Shown in pieces: positions 52,315-62,141 of a stretch of DNA of 64,000 nucleotides. The notes beneath the pieces are model-generated. The model saw only the letters and a list, made by a program, of their open reading frames with translations, ran no database searches and was not told where the DNA came from. The stretch's first letter is position 1. Each line of letters opens with the position of its first letter. The position numbers and the translations under genes are program-made. Origin of the DNA: Flavobacteriales bacterium (GTDB lineage: Bacteria > Bacteroidota > Bacteroidia > Palsa-965); NCBI GenBank assembly GCA_002737665.1, contig NSIF01000004.1, positions 2,228 through 66,227 on the forward strand. Reading direction: 5' to 3'.

Positions 52315-52827
52315 ATGCAAGCAAAGGTAAGTATCATAATGGGAAGCACTTCTGACATGCCCGTCATGCAGGAAGCAGCAAAAATTCTTGATCAGTTTCA
52401 AATTCCTTTTGAAATAAATGCACTGTCAGCACATCGAGTTCCTGAGCAGGTAATGGAATTTGCGAAAGGGGCACACAAGCGAGGCATTCGAGTGATAATT
52501 GCCGGCGCCGGTGGAGCAGCACATTTGCCGGGTGTGGTTGCAGCATTGACACCTGTTCCAGTGGTTGGAGTTCCATGTCGATCTACTATTTCGCTAGATG
52601 GTTGGGATTCACTTTTATCAATTGTGCAAATGCCCCCCGGAATTCCAGTTGCAACAGTTGGAGTAGATGGCGGACAAAATGCTGGAATTCTTGCCGTTCA
52701 AATTTTAGCAGCAGGTGATGATGTTTTACTTGAAGAAATTTTAAAGTTCAAAGAAAATCTGAAAACAAAAATTTTGAAGGCGAACGATGATTTGAAAGCG
52801 TTCCCATTTAAATTTAGAGTCGGATAA
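52315..52827 (+). CDS. purE: 5-(carboxyamino)imidazole ribonucleotide mutase
   Basis: 170 aa, ...IIMGSTSDMPVM..A...L..F.I.FE....SAHR.P........A...G..VIIAGAGGAAHLPGV.A..T..PV.GVP. Confidence 0.95.
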   Translation: MQAKVSIIMGSTSDMPVMQEAAKILDQFQIPFEINALSAHRVPEQVMEFAKGAHKRGIRVIIAGAGGAAHLPGVVAALTPVPVVGVPCRSTISLDGWDSLLSIVQMPPGIPVATVGVDGGQNAGILAVQILAAGDDVLLEEILKFKENLKTKILKANDDLKAFPFKFRVG

Positions 52828-52842
52828 TTTTCGATCCATTCC

Positions 52843-53865
52843 CTATTGCATTTTTATAGCTGCTAGAATTACCAATGTTTCTTCCAACATTTGATCTGTA
52901 AAATCCAAATGGGTAACAAAACGAATAGCTTGTTTGCCGAAGCCAACTGCTTTAACTCCATTTGTTGCCAGTTGTGTTATAAATTTTTCAGAAGAAATTT
53001 TATCGTTTAGGTTAAAGATAATAATGTTGGAATCTACTTCGAGCACATTTGCGATGTAGGGAAGCTTACACATTGCCTTACCAATTATTTTTGCCCGTAC
53101 ATGGTCTTCTTTCAAACGTAAAACGTGATTATCTAGGGCATAAATTCCAGCTGCAGCTAAATAGCCTGCTTGTCGCATTCCTCCACCCAACACTTTTCGT
53201 ACGCGACGAGCATGAGCAATAAATTCTTTAGAGCCCAGCAGCACGGAACCAGCAGGAGCTCCTAATCCTTTCGAAAGACAAACCGATATGGAATCGAAGA
53301 GCATTCCTACTTCTTTGGTTGTATATTTTCCTTCTGTTATTGCATTAAAAATTCGTGCACCATCTAAATGATAACGTAATTTATTTTCCTTACAAACGTC
53401 TCCTATGGATTTCATATTCTCCAGCGAATAATAACTACCGCCCGCGCGATTGCAAGTGTTTTCAATACTTACCAAACTCGTGCGCGTCAGCCAATCGAAA
53501 TTTGGGTTTATATTTTCTTTTACTTGCGCTGCATTAATTCTTCCACGCTCACCCACAATTAATTTTGCTTGAACTCCGGAGTTAAAAGCAATTCCACCAC
53601 CTTCATAATTATATATATGTGAACTTGCATCACACAATACTTCGTCGCCGGGTTGCGTATGCACTTTTATAGCAATTTGGTTGGTCATCGTTCCTGATGG
53701 GCAATACAAGCCCGCCTCCTGTCCGAATAATGTGGCTACTTTTTCCTGTAATGCGAGTACTGTTGGATCTTCATTAAAAACATCGTCGCCAACTTGCGTC
53801 TTGAACATAGCGTCCAGCATGTTGGGAGTTGGTTTTGTTACCGTATCACTTCGGAGGTCAATCAT
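52843..53865 (-). CDS. ltaE: Low-specificity L-threonine aldolase (PLP-dependent)
   Basis: 340 aa. [16 protein letters not shown]....VGDDV..EDPTV..L is the characteristic beta-eliminating lyase / threonine aldolase N-terminus. Confidence 0.92.
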   Translation of the reverse strand: MIDLRSDTVTKPTPNMLDAMFKTQVGDDVFNEDPTVLALQEKVATLFGQEAGLYCPSGTMTNQIAIKVHTQPGDEVLCDASSHIYNYEGGGIAFNSGVQAKLIVGERGRINAAQVKENINPNFDWLTRTSLVSIENTCNRAGGSYYSLENMKSIGDVCKENKLRYHLDGARIFNAITEGKYTTKEVGMLFDSISVCLSKGLGAPAGSVLLGSKEFIAHARRVRKVLGGGMRQAGYLAAAGIYALDNHVLRLKEDHVRAKIIGKAMCKLPYIANVLEVDSNIIIFNLNDKISSEKFITQLATNGVKAVGFGKQAIRFVTHLDFTDQMLEETLVILAAIKMQ

Positions 53866-53958
53866 ATTATTGTATTTTATGAAATGTCAACATTATTTTA
53901 AAACGCTAAATTAGTCAATACAAACCGTTAGCATACTAAAACATTTATGGGTATTTGT

Positions 53959-54012
53959 AGATAGATTTTATCGCTCTTTTGGATTTTAAAATAAATGTAA
54001 TAAAATCTATCT
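53959..54012. repeat. Perfect 13-bp inverted repeat with 28-nt spacer in a divergent intergenic region
   Basis: AGATAGATTTTAT (53959..53971) pairs with ATAAAATCTATCT (54000..54012). The spacer contains the palindrome ATTTTAAAAT (53983..53992). Confidence 0.6.
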
Positions 54013-54117
54013 GAAAATATTAAGCGAGAATTAAATCAGCATTCAAAATTTGATTGATCGGTTATTTGCAATTTAATTAATTACAATTTTATTCAACATA
54101 ATTGATACCTTCGATTT

Positions 54118-54756
54118 ATGAAAATAAATAATTTAAATTTCAAATCTTGTGTAGTTGCCTGCTTGTTAATTACTACTTTTTGCACAACTGTAAACGCACA
54201 AGATAATGCTGCTGTAACAATTGGTGGCCAAACTTGGTGTGCCAAAAATTTAGATGTTACAACCTATAGAAATGGAGACGTCATACCACAGGTAGTAGAT
54301 CCAACGAAGTGGGCTAGTTTGAAAACAGGTGCTTGGTGTTATTATGAAAACAAAACAGTAAATGGAACTACCTATGGCAAGTTGTATAATTGGTATGCGA
54401 TACATGATAAGAGAGGTTTAGCTCCGAAGGGATTTCATATTCCGGCTGATGCAGAGTGGAAAACACTAATAGTTTTTTTGGGGAGTGCTGATGCTGGTAA
54501 GAAAATGAAAAGTAAGAGTGGTTGGAAAGCGAATTGTAATGGGACTAATGAAAGTGGTTTTAATGGTCTTCCGGGTGGTTATCGCAATGGTGATGGGGTA
54601 TTCACACTTATGGGTAGTTTTGGCGATTGGTGGAGTACGACAGAGTATAGACCTCTCTTTGGATGGTCATATAGTTTGGACTGTAGTGGTAGTAATTTGG
54701 GTAGGGCAGTAAATTATAAGTTAGATGGGCTCTCTGTACGTTGCTTACTAGATTGA
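54118..54756 (+). CDS. Secreted FISUMP-domain protein (Fibrobacter succinogenes major paralogous domain)
   Basis: 212 aa with a signal peptide. IGGQTWCAKNLDV..Y.NGD.I...........AWCYY.N.....YGKLYNWYA......LAP.GFHIP...EW..L......GWK........NESGF.GLPGGYR ... GLSVRCL is the TIGR02145-type pattern. Confidence 0.85.
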   Translation: MKINNLNFKSCVVACLLITTFCTTVNAQDNAAVTIGGQTWCAKNLDVTTYRNGDVIPQVVDPTKWASLKTGAWCYYENKTVNGTTYGKLYNWYAIHDKRGLAPKGFHIPADAEWKTLIVFLGSADAGKKMKSKSGWKANCNGTNESGFNGLPGGYRNGDGVFTLMGSFGDWWSTTEYRPLFGWSYSLDCSGSNLGRAVNYKLDGLSVRCLLD

Positions 54757-54830
54757 TTTTTTTATTGGGCATATTTATTATTAAGTCTCGCAAAATTTAA
54801 TTGCCTAGTAATTTCCAGATTTTTTTTTTG

Positions 54831-54838
54831 TATATTTG
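54831..54838 (+). promoter_or_regulatory. -7 promoter-type octamer upstream of the acyl-CoA synthetase gene
   Basis: TATATTTG matches TAnnTTTG and lies 56 nt before the ATG at 54895. Confidence 0.3.
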
Positions 54839-54894
54839 AAAAACACATTCGCAAGTTTTGGGTTTTTGATGAATATGAATTTAAAAAAAATAGC

Positions 54895-56670
54895 ATGGAA
54901 TTAACTCGCGTATTTGATCTTCTTGAAAACTACAGTACAAACTTTGGCGATAAGCAGGATGCTTTAGCGGGAAAAGTTAATGGGGAATGGGTTAAGTGGA
55001 GCTTTGAAAAATTTAAATCTCACGCTCACTTGCTAGCATCAGGATTAATAGCTGAGGGTATTGTACCTGGCGATCGTGTTGCTATACTTTCAAATAATCG
55101 TCCAGAGTGGAATATTGTCGATTTTGCTTCTCAACTTGCTGGAGCCATATCGGTACCTGTTTACCCTACTATTTCGGTTGGCGAGCTTGCGTTTATTTTG
55201 ACCGATTCAGAGTCTAAGATTGTCTTTGTCTCTTCCAATGAAATTTATTTGAAAACACTTTTGGCAATAAAGGATTTTGCAATAAAACCCAAAGTGTATG
55301 TATTTGAACTTGTAGCGGATGCAAAAAATTGGGAAGAATTAATTGCAGTAGGGACTTCTAATAATCATTCAGATAAAATTTCTGCTGTTAAACAAAATAC
55401 AAGTCCAGATGATGTATTTACAATACTGTATACTTCAGGAACTACTGGCACACCCAAAGGGGTGATGTTGATGCATAAAAACTTAGTGAGTAATTTTACC
55501 GCAATAAGTGGACTTTGCCCTGTTGATCACACTCACTTAGCGTTAAGTTTTCTTCCGCTCAATCACGTATATGAGCGTATGATTTCCTTCCTTTATCTCT
55601 ATCGTGGTCTATCCATTTATTATGCAGAAAGTTTAGAAACGATTGGCGCCAACATACTTGAACTAAAACCTCATATATTTTCTTGTGTGCCATCACTTTT
55701 ACAAAAGGTTTACAATCGAATAACTGCAAAAGGTGCAGATCTAACAGGCGTAAAAAGAAAATTATTTTTCTGGTCATTACGAGTAGCAGAAAAATTTGAT
55801 GTAGGTCCAAATGCGCCCGGCCTTTTTTATAAAATAAAACTTGGAATTGCATCTAAATTAATTTTCAGCAAATGGCGCGAAGCGTTAGGTGGAAATGTAC
55901 GCTGCATGGTTTCGGGTGGCGCCGCTCTTGACCAACGACTTGCCAGAATTTTTTGGGCTGCAGGTATTCCTGTAATTGAAGGATATGGCTTAACAGAAAC
56001 TTCTCCAGTAATTGCAGTAAGTACTTTTGATCCAAATGGTTTGCGTTTCGGAACTGTTGGGCCATTGATAAAAGATGTAGAAGTAAAAATAGCAGAGGAT
56101 GGAGAAATTCTTTTTAAAGGTCCAAACCTCATGAAAGGATACTATAAACGTCCAGAAGATACTGCTGAAGTAATTGACTCGAGTGGATGGTTTCATACCG
56201 GAGATATTGGTGAGTTTATTGAAAACCGATTCTTAAAAATTACAGATCGTAAAAAAGAAATTTTTAAAACTACCGGTGGAAAGTACATTGCTCCACAGCG
56301 TATTGAAAATCTTTTAAAAAGTTCTCGATTCATTGAACAATCCATTACTGTTGGCGACAACAGAAAATTCCCTACTGCATTAATTGTTCCCGCATTTGTA
56401 TTTGTCCGCGATTGGGCAAAACGCAAAGGAATTGAGTTGGGGACGACCAATGAGGAATTGATTGAAAATCCTGAAGTAATCAAGCGAATCAATGTTACAA
56501 TCTCAAAGTTAAATACGACTTTGGCTCAATATGAAAAAATTAAGAAAATAACTTTGCTTCCTAAACTTTGGACAATTGAATCTGGTGAACTTACTCCAAA
56601 ATTAAGTTTGAAACGGAGAGTTATTCTCACGGCTAATCAAGAATTGATTGAAAAGATGTATGGTGAATAA
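54895..56670 (+). CDS. Long-chain-fatty-acid--CoA ligase (AMP-forming)
   Basis: 591 aa with the AMP-binding signature YTSGTTGTPKGVML, GYGLTETSP and ...WFHTGDIG......L.ITDRKKE.FK...GKYIAP. Confidence 0.9.
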   Translation: MELTRVFDLLENYSTNFGDKQDALAGKVNGEWVKWSFEKFKSHAHLLASGLIAEGIVPGDRVAILSNNRPEWNIVDFASQLAGAISVPVYPTISVGELAFILTDSESKIVFVSSNEIYLKTLLAIKDFAIKPKVYVFELVADAKNWEELIAVGTSNNHSDKISAVKQNTSPDDVFTILYTSGTTGTPKGVMLMHKNLVSNFTAISGLCPVDHTHLALSFLPLNHVYERMISFLYLYRGLSIYYAESLETIGANILELKPHIFSCVPSLLQKVYNRITAKGADLTGVKRKLFFWSLRVAEKFDVGPNAPGLFYKIKLGIASKLIFSKWREALGGNVRCMVSGGAALDQRLARIFWAAGIPVIEGYGLTETSPVIAVSTFDPNGLRFGTVGPLIKDVEVKIAEDGEILFKGPNLMKGYYKRPEDTAEVIDSSGWFHTGDIGEFIENRFLKITDRKKEIFKTTGGKYIAPQRIENLLKSSRFIEQSITVGDNRKFPTALIVPAFVFVRDWAKRKGIELGTTNEELIENPEVIKRINVTISKLNTTLAQYEKIKKITLLPKLWTIESGELTPKLSLKRRVILTANQELIEKMYGE

Positions 56671-56673
56671 TTG

Positions 56674-58050
56674 TTAGTTGGTTTTCTCCAACAATTCTAA
56701 AAACTTAGAGTTTGTTTTAAGGGAATTAAAATTGGCATCATTGTTCAAGCGGCTTTGATCTTTGAAACCTAGTTCAATTGCTTTTTCAAGCAAGATAATA
56801 GCATTCTCTTTCAATCCAACTTTCAAATACAAACTTGCCTTCATATATGCCCATTCACAGTTAGTTGGATCAACAATTGAATAAACGGTAATGAGCTTTT
56901 CTGCCGCGATGGTGTTATTTGTTTTCAATGCTTGGTTTGCATAGGAGTAACACATTAAACTCACATACCCTCGCAAACGTTGTCGCATAAATAGATCGGC
57001 ACCTGCTTTTGGTGATTCAAAATAGTGGGATTCATTGTTTTTCCACCAACTTGAGTCTTGTGACAGGACAGCATTACCCAATTCCTGTTGTAATTTATTT
57101 TCCTCCGTTTCTGCATTTAGCCAAGCTGTTACATCTGTATTGAAACAAGTTGCGTTTCGGAGTCGATCTAGTCGGTTTATTAATTTTCCGGCTTCTTTAA
57201 ATTCGCGCGTGTATTTTATTCCAATTTCCAAGTAAGACGAGACAACGAGGCAACTTATTGCCTGCATAGCATCTGCTTGGCGCATGATGTTTTCTGAAAG
57301 TGCTTTTGCCTTTATTGTATCGCTGAAAGTTTTTGCTATAGTAGGGTGATGTATTGTTGCTAGCAACATGGCGTCTTCCATAAAATCTGTTGGAGCCCAT
57401 TCATGTGCACCATTAAATACTAATAATTCATTTACCAAACCATTCGTTTGTGGTTTGCTATTGAATTTTTTCAGTTCCAAATAATTCATATCACCAAGGC
57501 CCGCAAGCCCGATCACTATTTTGTCTTTTATTTGCGACTGAGGTGCGGCAGAATTACAAATGATTCCTTTTATTGAATTATTTGCTTTGGCTATGTTCGC
57601 AGCAACTCGTGCTCCACCAGAAAACCCACAAAGTGTAATGTTATTTTCATCGACAGCTACCTTATTTATTAATTCTTCGATTAAGGCATTTCCAATGCTC
57701 AGGGTTTGTTCTACCAACATTCCGTTTTTTGAGGAATTGGAGCCCACAAAAATAAAGTTCCACTTTTCTGCTATCGATTTGTATTTTTCTATTGGTAAGT
57801 AGCCACTTCCATGTGCGTCAAAAAAAATAAATGTTGTGTATTTCTTTGTGGAATCATAGGTCGTTGGCAGGTAAATACAATATGAATTGGTGTTGTCATT
57901 TGATACAACGGCACGACTTACAATCCCTTTTTTTATTGGTTCCATTTGCACTGTATCGGATGCTAATGTTCCTCCCTCTTTTTTTTCTGAAGTAGGGCTG
58001 GAGCATCCGAAGAATGGAAATAATAAGGTGAAAAAATAAATTATTTTCAT
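56674..58050 (-). CDS. Lipoprotein with alpha/beta-hydrolase (esterase-like) N-domain and helical TPR-like C-domain
   Basis: 458 aa. It has a lipobox (LFPFFGC), a nucleophile elbow GFSGG in ...ITLCGFSGGARVA and a later ...FNGAHEW (candidate His). The C-terminal ~220 aa are helical and end with a TPR-like ...AIILLEKAIELGFKD...NF.SLK. Confidence 0.6.
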   Translation of the reverse strand: MKIIYFFTLLFPFFGCSSPTSEKKEGGTLASDTVQMEPIKKGIVSRAVVSNDNTNSYCIYLPTTYDSTKKYTTFIFFDAHGSGYLPIEKYKSIAEKWNFIFVGSNSSKNGMLVEQTLSIGNALIEELINKVAVDENNITLCGFSGGARVAANIAKANNSIKGIICNSAAPQSQIKDKIVIGLAGLGDMNYLELKKFNSKPQTNGLVNELLVFNGAHEWAPTDFMEDAMLLATIHHPTIAKTFSDTIKAKALSENIMRQADAMQAISCLVVSSYLEIGIKYTREFKEAGKLINRLDRLRNATCFNTDVTAWLNAETEENKLQQELGNAVLSQDSSWWKNNESHYFESPKAGADLFMRQRLRGYVSLMCYSYANQALKTNNTIAAEKLITVYSIVDPTNCEWAYMKASLYLKVGLKENAIILLEKAIELGFKDQSRLNNDANFNSLKTNSKFLELLEKTN

Positions 58051-58094
58051 TTTACAAAGTTAGATTTTTGTTATCTTCGGACATCATTTTAAGT

Positions 58095-61052
58095 ATGAAA
58101 TTTTATATTTTTCCCGTATTAATTTATTTTGTTTTAGCAGGAGCTAGTTGTGAAAGCGCATTCCCTGATGCAAGCAAAATTGTATTTGATTGGAAGGTTG
58201 ACTCCAGCAATTTTGACTTTGCAAAATATGTAAATCCGATTATTGGCACCGATGGTCATGGCCACACATTTCCAGGAGCTACAGCTCCTTTTGGTATGGT
58301 TCAATTAAGTCCAGATACCCGCGTAGATGGGAGTTGGGACGGTTGCTCAGGTTATCATTATTCAGATGATACAATTTATGGTTTTTCTCATACGCATTTA
58401 AGTGGTACTGGTTGTAGCGATTATGGCGATATCTTGTTTATGCCAGGAACTGGAAAAATTAATTTTTCGAACGGAACGCAAACTGCTGTTGGTTACCGGT
58501 CACACTATTCACATCAAAATGAAATTGCTAAAGCAGGATATTATTCGGTGGTACTTGATAATTCACTTACTAAAGTGGAACTCACTGCTTCCCCTCGTGT
58601 GGGTATGCATCGTTATAGTTTTAATTCAGAAAGTGAAAATTGGATACTACTTGACCTTACACATCGAGATGAAGTGCTGGATTCAAAGTTTAAATTGGTT
58701 AATGATCATACTATTGAGGGTTATCGTTTTTCTAAAGCTTGGGCTGCTGATCAAAGAGTATATTTTTATGCTGAGTTTTCGGAGCCATTTGAATCTGTGC
58801 CTATGGAAAAAATGAACTCCGATTCAACTGTTGGGAAAAATGTGAAGTGTGCTTTTAGGTTTAAAAATATAAAACAAGTTATTTTGAAGGTTGCTATTTC
58901 GGCGGTGAGTACTGCAAATGCGAAATTGAATATGCAAACAGAAATTCCGAATTTTGAGTTTGACGCAGTTCATCAAAAAGTGCTGCGGCAGTGGAATAAT
59001 GAGTTAGGAAAAATTGAGGTTAAAACTACTGACGAAAACAAGAAAAATATATTTTATACTGCTTTGTACCATTGTTTTATTGCACCGAATTTATATTGTG
59101 ATGTAAATGGAGCGTACCGTGGTCGCGACAATAAAATACATGTGGACACGCTTCACGAACAGTATACCGTTTTCTCACTTTGGGATACTTATCGTGCCCT
59201 TCATCCATTATTTACAATTATTCAGCCACAACGTGATCAAGACTTTGTACGCACGTTTATTAAACAATATGAGGAAGGCTTTAAGCTTCCTGTCTGGGAG
59301 CTTTCTGCCAATGAAACAAATTGTATGATTGGTTATCATGCGGTTCCAGTTATTGTAGATGCATGGATTAAGGGGTTGGTTAAATTTGATACAGCAACTG
59401 CTTACGAAGCAATGAAGGCAAGTGCAATGCAGCAAACAAACGGGTTGGATACTTATCATAAATTTGGTTTTATAGCTGCTGAACGGGAGGGTGAATCTGT
59501 TTCTAAAACATTAGAATATGCGTATGATGATTGGTGCATTGCACTTGCAGCCAAGCGTATGCATCGCGACGATGACTATAACTATTTTCTTCATCGTTCT
59601 CATTCCTGGCGGAACTTATATGATTCAAAAACAGGTTTTTTTCGTCCACGATTAAACAATTCGTTTGTAGAACCATTTGAACCAAGCGAAGTAAATTTTC
59701 ATTTGACTGAGGCAAATTCATGGCAATACTCATTAGCTGTACAGCATGATGTACCAGGATTAATAGCAGCGCATGGCGGAGATAAAAAGTTCATTCAATT
59801 TTTGGATGATTTATTTTCAGTTTCTTCGAAAACTTCAGGTAGAGAGCAGGCGGATATTACTGGTTTAATCGGTCAATATGCACAAGGTAATGAGCCAAGT
59901 CATCACATGGCCTATTTGTATAATTATACTTCGCAACCATGGAAGTCTCAAAAGATTGTATCTCAAATTTGTAATCAGCTTTATACCAACCAGCCGGATG
60001 GGCTTTGTGGAAATGAAGATTGTGGACAGATGAGTGCTTGGTATGTATTAAGTTCGATTGGTATTTATCAGGTTGCACCCGGGACGAATGATTTTCAAAT
60101 TGGATCACCTCAATTTCCTGAAGTTATTTTTCATTTAGAAAATGGAAATAAATTTAAATTGATTGCAAAAAACGTCAGCGCTACGAATAGCTATCTCGAC
60201 ACAGTAATGTATAAAAATAGTACTGCTTCGATTTTTAATACTATTTCTTTTGCTGAAATAAATAATGGAGGTGAATTAGTCTTGCCAATGTCCAACAAAT
60301 TTTTTCATCAAATACCTGATTTGACAAAAACACAATCGTCACCATGTTCATTTTTGATGGCTCCAAGAATTCAAAATACTTCTGGAAGAACATTTACAAG
60401 TAGCCGTTCGATACAACTAGGATCAGATTGTGAAAATGCCTTGCTTCATTTTTGTCTGGATAATGGTACTTGGCAAGATTATTCAAAACCTTTTATAATA
60501 GATAAGCGAACAAAAATATATTCTTATGCTTCTTTACCTTCTGGTGAAAAAAGCGATACTTCCTTTGCTGAATTTTTCAAGGCACCGAATTATGGAAAGA
60601 TTGTCATTAAAAATAAATTTGCTAATCAATATGCTGCAGGAGGCAACCGTGCTTTAGTTGATGGAATTCGAGGCGGTGCTAGTTATAGGACTGGAGATTG
60701 GCAAGGGTATGAAGGGATAGATTTGGATGTTGTTATTGATCTCGGTGTTGTACAAAAAATTAAACGCATTGCAATTGGATTTTTACAGGATCAAAATTCT
60801 TGGATTTTTTTTCCAAAAGAAGTTACTTTTTATTCCTCGCTTGATGGAAAAGTATTTTCAGAAATGGTCACAGAAAAAAACAAGGTAACGCAGCATTCAA
60901 CTACCACTTTGCTGAATGATTTTATTGCATCTTCTTCTAAAGATGCGCGTTACATAAAAGTACTTGCTAAAAACGCTGGTGTTTGTCCGGATTGGCACCC
61001 TGGCAGAGGAAATTTAAGTTGGATATTTGCTGATGAGTTAAGTATTGAATAG
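58095..61052 (+). CDS. GH92-family alpha-mannosidase with C-terminal discoidin (F5/8 type C)-like domain
   Basis: The preferred start is the ATG at 58095 (MKFYIFPVLIYF... signal peptide); the ORF-track start at 58068 is a TTG. GH92 motifs are GTDGHGHTFPGATAPFGMVQLSPDT, GNEPSHHMAYLYNY and EDCGQMSAWYVLSSIGIYQVAPG. The last ~150 aa (...DWQGYEG.DLDVVIDLG....I.RI.IGFLQD...WIFFP..V.FY.S.DG..F) are discoidin-like. Confidence 0.93.
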   Translation: MKFYIFPVLIYFVLAGASCESAFPDASKIVFDWKVDSSNFDFAKYVNPIIGTDGHGHTFPGATAPFGMVQLSPDTRVDGSWDGCSGYHYSDDTIYGFSHTHLSGTGCSDYGDILFMPGTGKINFSNGTQTAVGYRSHYSHQNEIAKAGYYSVVLDNSLTKVELTASPRVGMHRYSFNSESENWILLDLTHRDEVLDSKFKLVNDHTIEGYRFSKAWAADQRVYFYAEFSEPFESVPMEKMNSDSTVGKNVKCAFRFKNIKQVILKVAISAVSTANAKLNMQTEIPNFEFDAVHQKVLRQWNNELGKIEVKTTDENKKNIFYTALYHCFIAPNLYCDVNGAYRGRDNKIHVDTLHEQYTVFSLWDTYRALHPLFTIIQPQRDQDFVRTFIKQYEEGFKLPVWELSANETNCMIGYHAVPVIVDAWIKGLVKFDTATAYEAMKASAMQQTNGLDTYHKFGFIAAEREGESVSKTLEYAYDDWCIALAAKRMHRDDDYNYFLHRSHSWRNLYDSKTGFFRPRLNNSFVEPFEPSEVNFHLTEANSWQYSLAVQHDVPGLIAAHGGDKKFIQFLDDLFSVSSKTSGREQADITGLIGQYAQGNEPSHHMAYLYNYTSQPWKSQKIVSQICNQLYTNQPDGLCGNEDCGQMSAWYVLSSIGIYQVAPGTNDFQIGSPQFPEVIFHLENGNKFKLIAKNVSATNSYLDTVMYKNSTASIFNTISFAEINNGGELVLPMSNKFFHQIPDLTKTQSSPCSFLMAPRIQNTSGRTFTSSRSIQLGSDCENALLHFCLDNGTWQDYSKPFIIDKRTKIYSYASLPSGEKSDTSFAEFFKAPNYGKIVIKNKFANQYAAGGNRALVDGIRGGASYRTGDWQGYEGIDLDVVIDLGVVQKIKRIAIGFLQDQNSWIFFPKEVTFYSSLDGKVFSEMVTEKNKVTQHSTTTLLNDFIASSSKDARYIKVLAKNAGVCPDWHPGRGNLSWIFADELSIE

Positions 61053-61081
61053 TACTATTTTAAAATTTTAAAATTTGTTTT

Positions 61082-62077
61082 ATGAATAGAAAAACATTTA
61101 TTTCTCGATCTGCCATGTTTGCTGCATTTTCTGCAATTGGCAATGTTGCAATAGCTAGTACAAACAAAAAGCATAAAGGCAAGCATAATGTGAATAGTTC
61201 CAAAGGAGGCCCAGTGGTTATTTCGACTTGGGTGCATGGCATTCCTGCCAATGATGCGGCAATGAAAGTGCTCCTTTCGGGCGGTTCATTGGTAGATGCC
61301 GTAGAGCAAGGTGTGATGGTTGTGGAGTCAGATAAAAATAACACAAGTGTTGGGCTTGGTGGTTTTCCTGATCGAGAAGGAATTGTTACACTCGATGCAT
61401 CTATTATGGATCAGAATGGTAATGCAGGTTCTGTTGCCTTTGTTCAGGGAATAGTACATCCAATTTCTATTGCACGTGCAGTAATGGAAAAAACTCCTCA
61501 TGTAATGCTTGTTGGTTATGGAGCCGAATTATTTGCGAAATCATTAGGAATGGAACAATTACCAAATGTTTTAACAGATCAAACCAGTAAGGCCTGGCAG
61601 GAATGGTTAAAAGAAAAAAAGTACAAGCCAATTATCAATATTGAAAATCACGATACGATTGGATTGCTTGCGATGGATGCGAATGGTTTTGTTGCTGGTT
61701 GTTGTACAACAAGTGGACTTTCTTGGAAAATGCATGGAAGAGTAGGGGATTCGCCCGTGATTGGAGCAGGATTATTTGTTGACAGTGAAGTGGGTGGAGC
61801 AACGTGTACTGGCTTAGGTGAAACAGTTTTACGCACTTTGGCATCTCACCTTGCAGTTGAAAAAATGCGTGATGGGGCAACACCACAGGAAGCGTGTGAG
61901 CTAGCAATAAATAGAATTGTAAAAAAACATTCCAACTATAAAGATTTTCAAGTTGGAATTCTTGCAATAAATAAAGAGGGAGAACACGGTGCTTATGGAT
62001 TACAAAAAGGATTCAATTATGCACTTCATCAACATGGAGCAAATAAATTATTTGACGCAACTTCTTTTTTGAAATAG
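61082..62077 (+). CDS. N4-(beta-N-acetylglucosaminyl)-L-asparaginase (glycosylasparaginase, Ntn hydrolase)
   Basis: 331 aa with an N-terminal signal. The autoproteolysis site context is NHDTIGLLAMD. ...TTSG...K..GRVGDSP.IGAG..VD...GGA..TG.GE is typical of the aspartylglucosaminidase family. Confidence 0.9.
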   Translation: MNRKTFISRSAMFAAFSAIGNVAIASTNKKHKGKHNVNSSKGGPVVISTWVHGIPANDAAMKVLLSGGSLVDAVEQGVMVVESDKNNTSVGLGGFPDREGIVTLDASIMDQNGNAGSVAFVQGIVHPISIARAVMEKTPHVMLVGYGAELFAKSLGMEQLPNVLTDQTSKAWQEWLKEKKYKPIINIENHDTIGLLAMDANGFVAGCCTTSGLSWKMHGRVGDSPVIGAGLFVDSEVGGATCTGLGETVLRTLASHLAVEKMRDGATPQEACELAINRIVKKHSNYKDFQVGILAINKEGEHGAYGLQKGFNYALHQHGANKLFDATSFLK

Positions 62078-62141
62078 TAATGCGTATTTTTTTTTAATGT
62101 AATAATTGATAAATAGTAAAAAATAGTTAACACTTTTAATA

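Noticed and set aside
58068-58094. TTG-initiated extension of the GH92 gene
   Set aside because: It would start only 18 nt from the divergent lipoprotein gene and place 9 residues before a good signal peptide. The ATG at 58095 is preferred.
58402-58815. 137-aa plus-strand ORF in an alternative frame of the GH92 gene
   Set aside because: It lies entirely within the conserved GH92 catalytic region in another frame. The translation is low-complexity and Leu/Ile/Lys-rich.
61635-61967. 110-aa minus-strand ORF inside the glycosylasparaginase gene
   Set aside because: It is antisense to a conserved Ntn-hydrolase gene and has no motifs.
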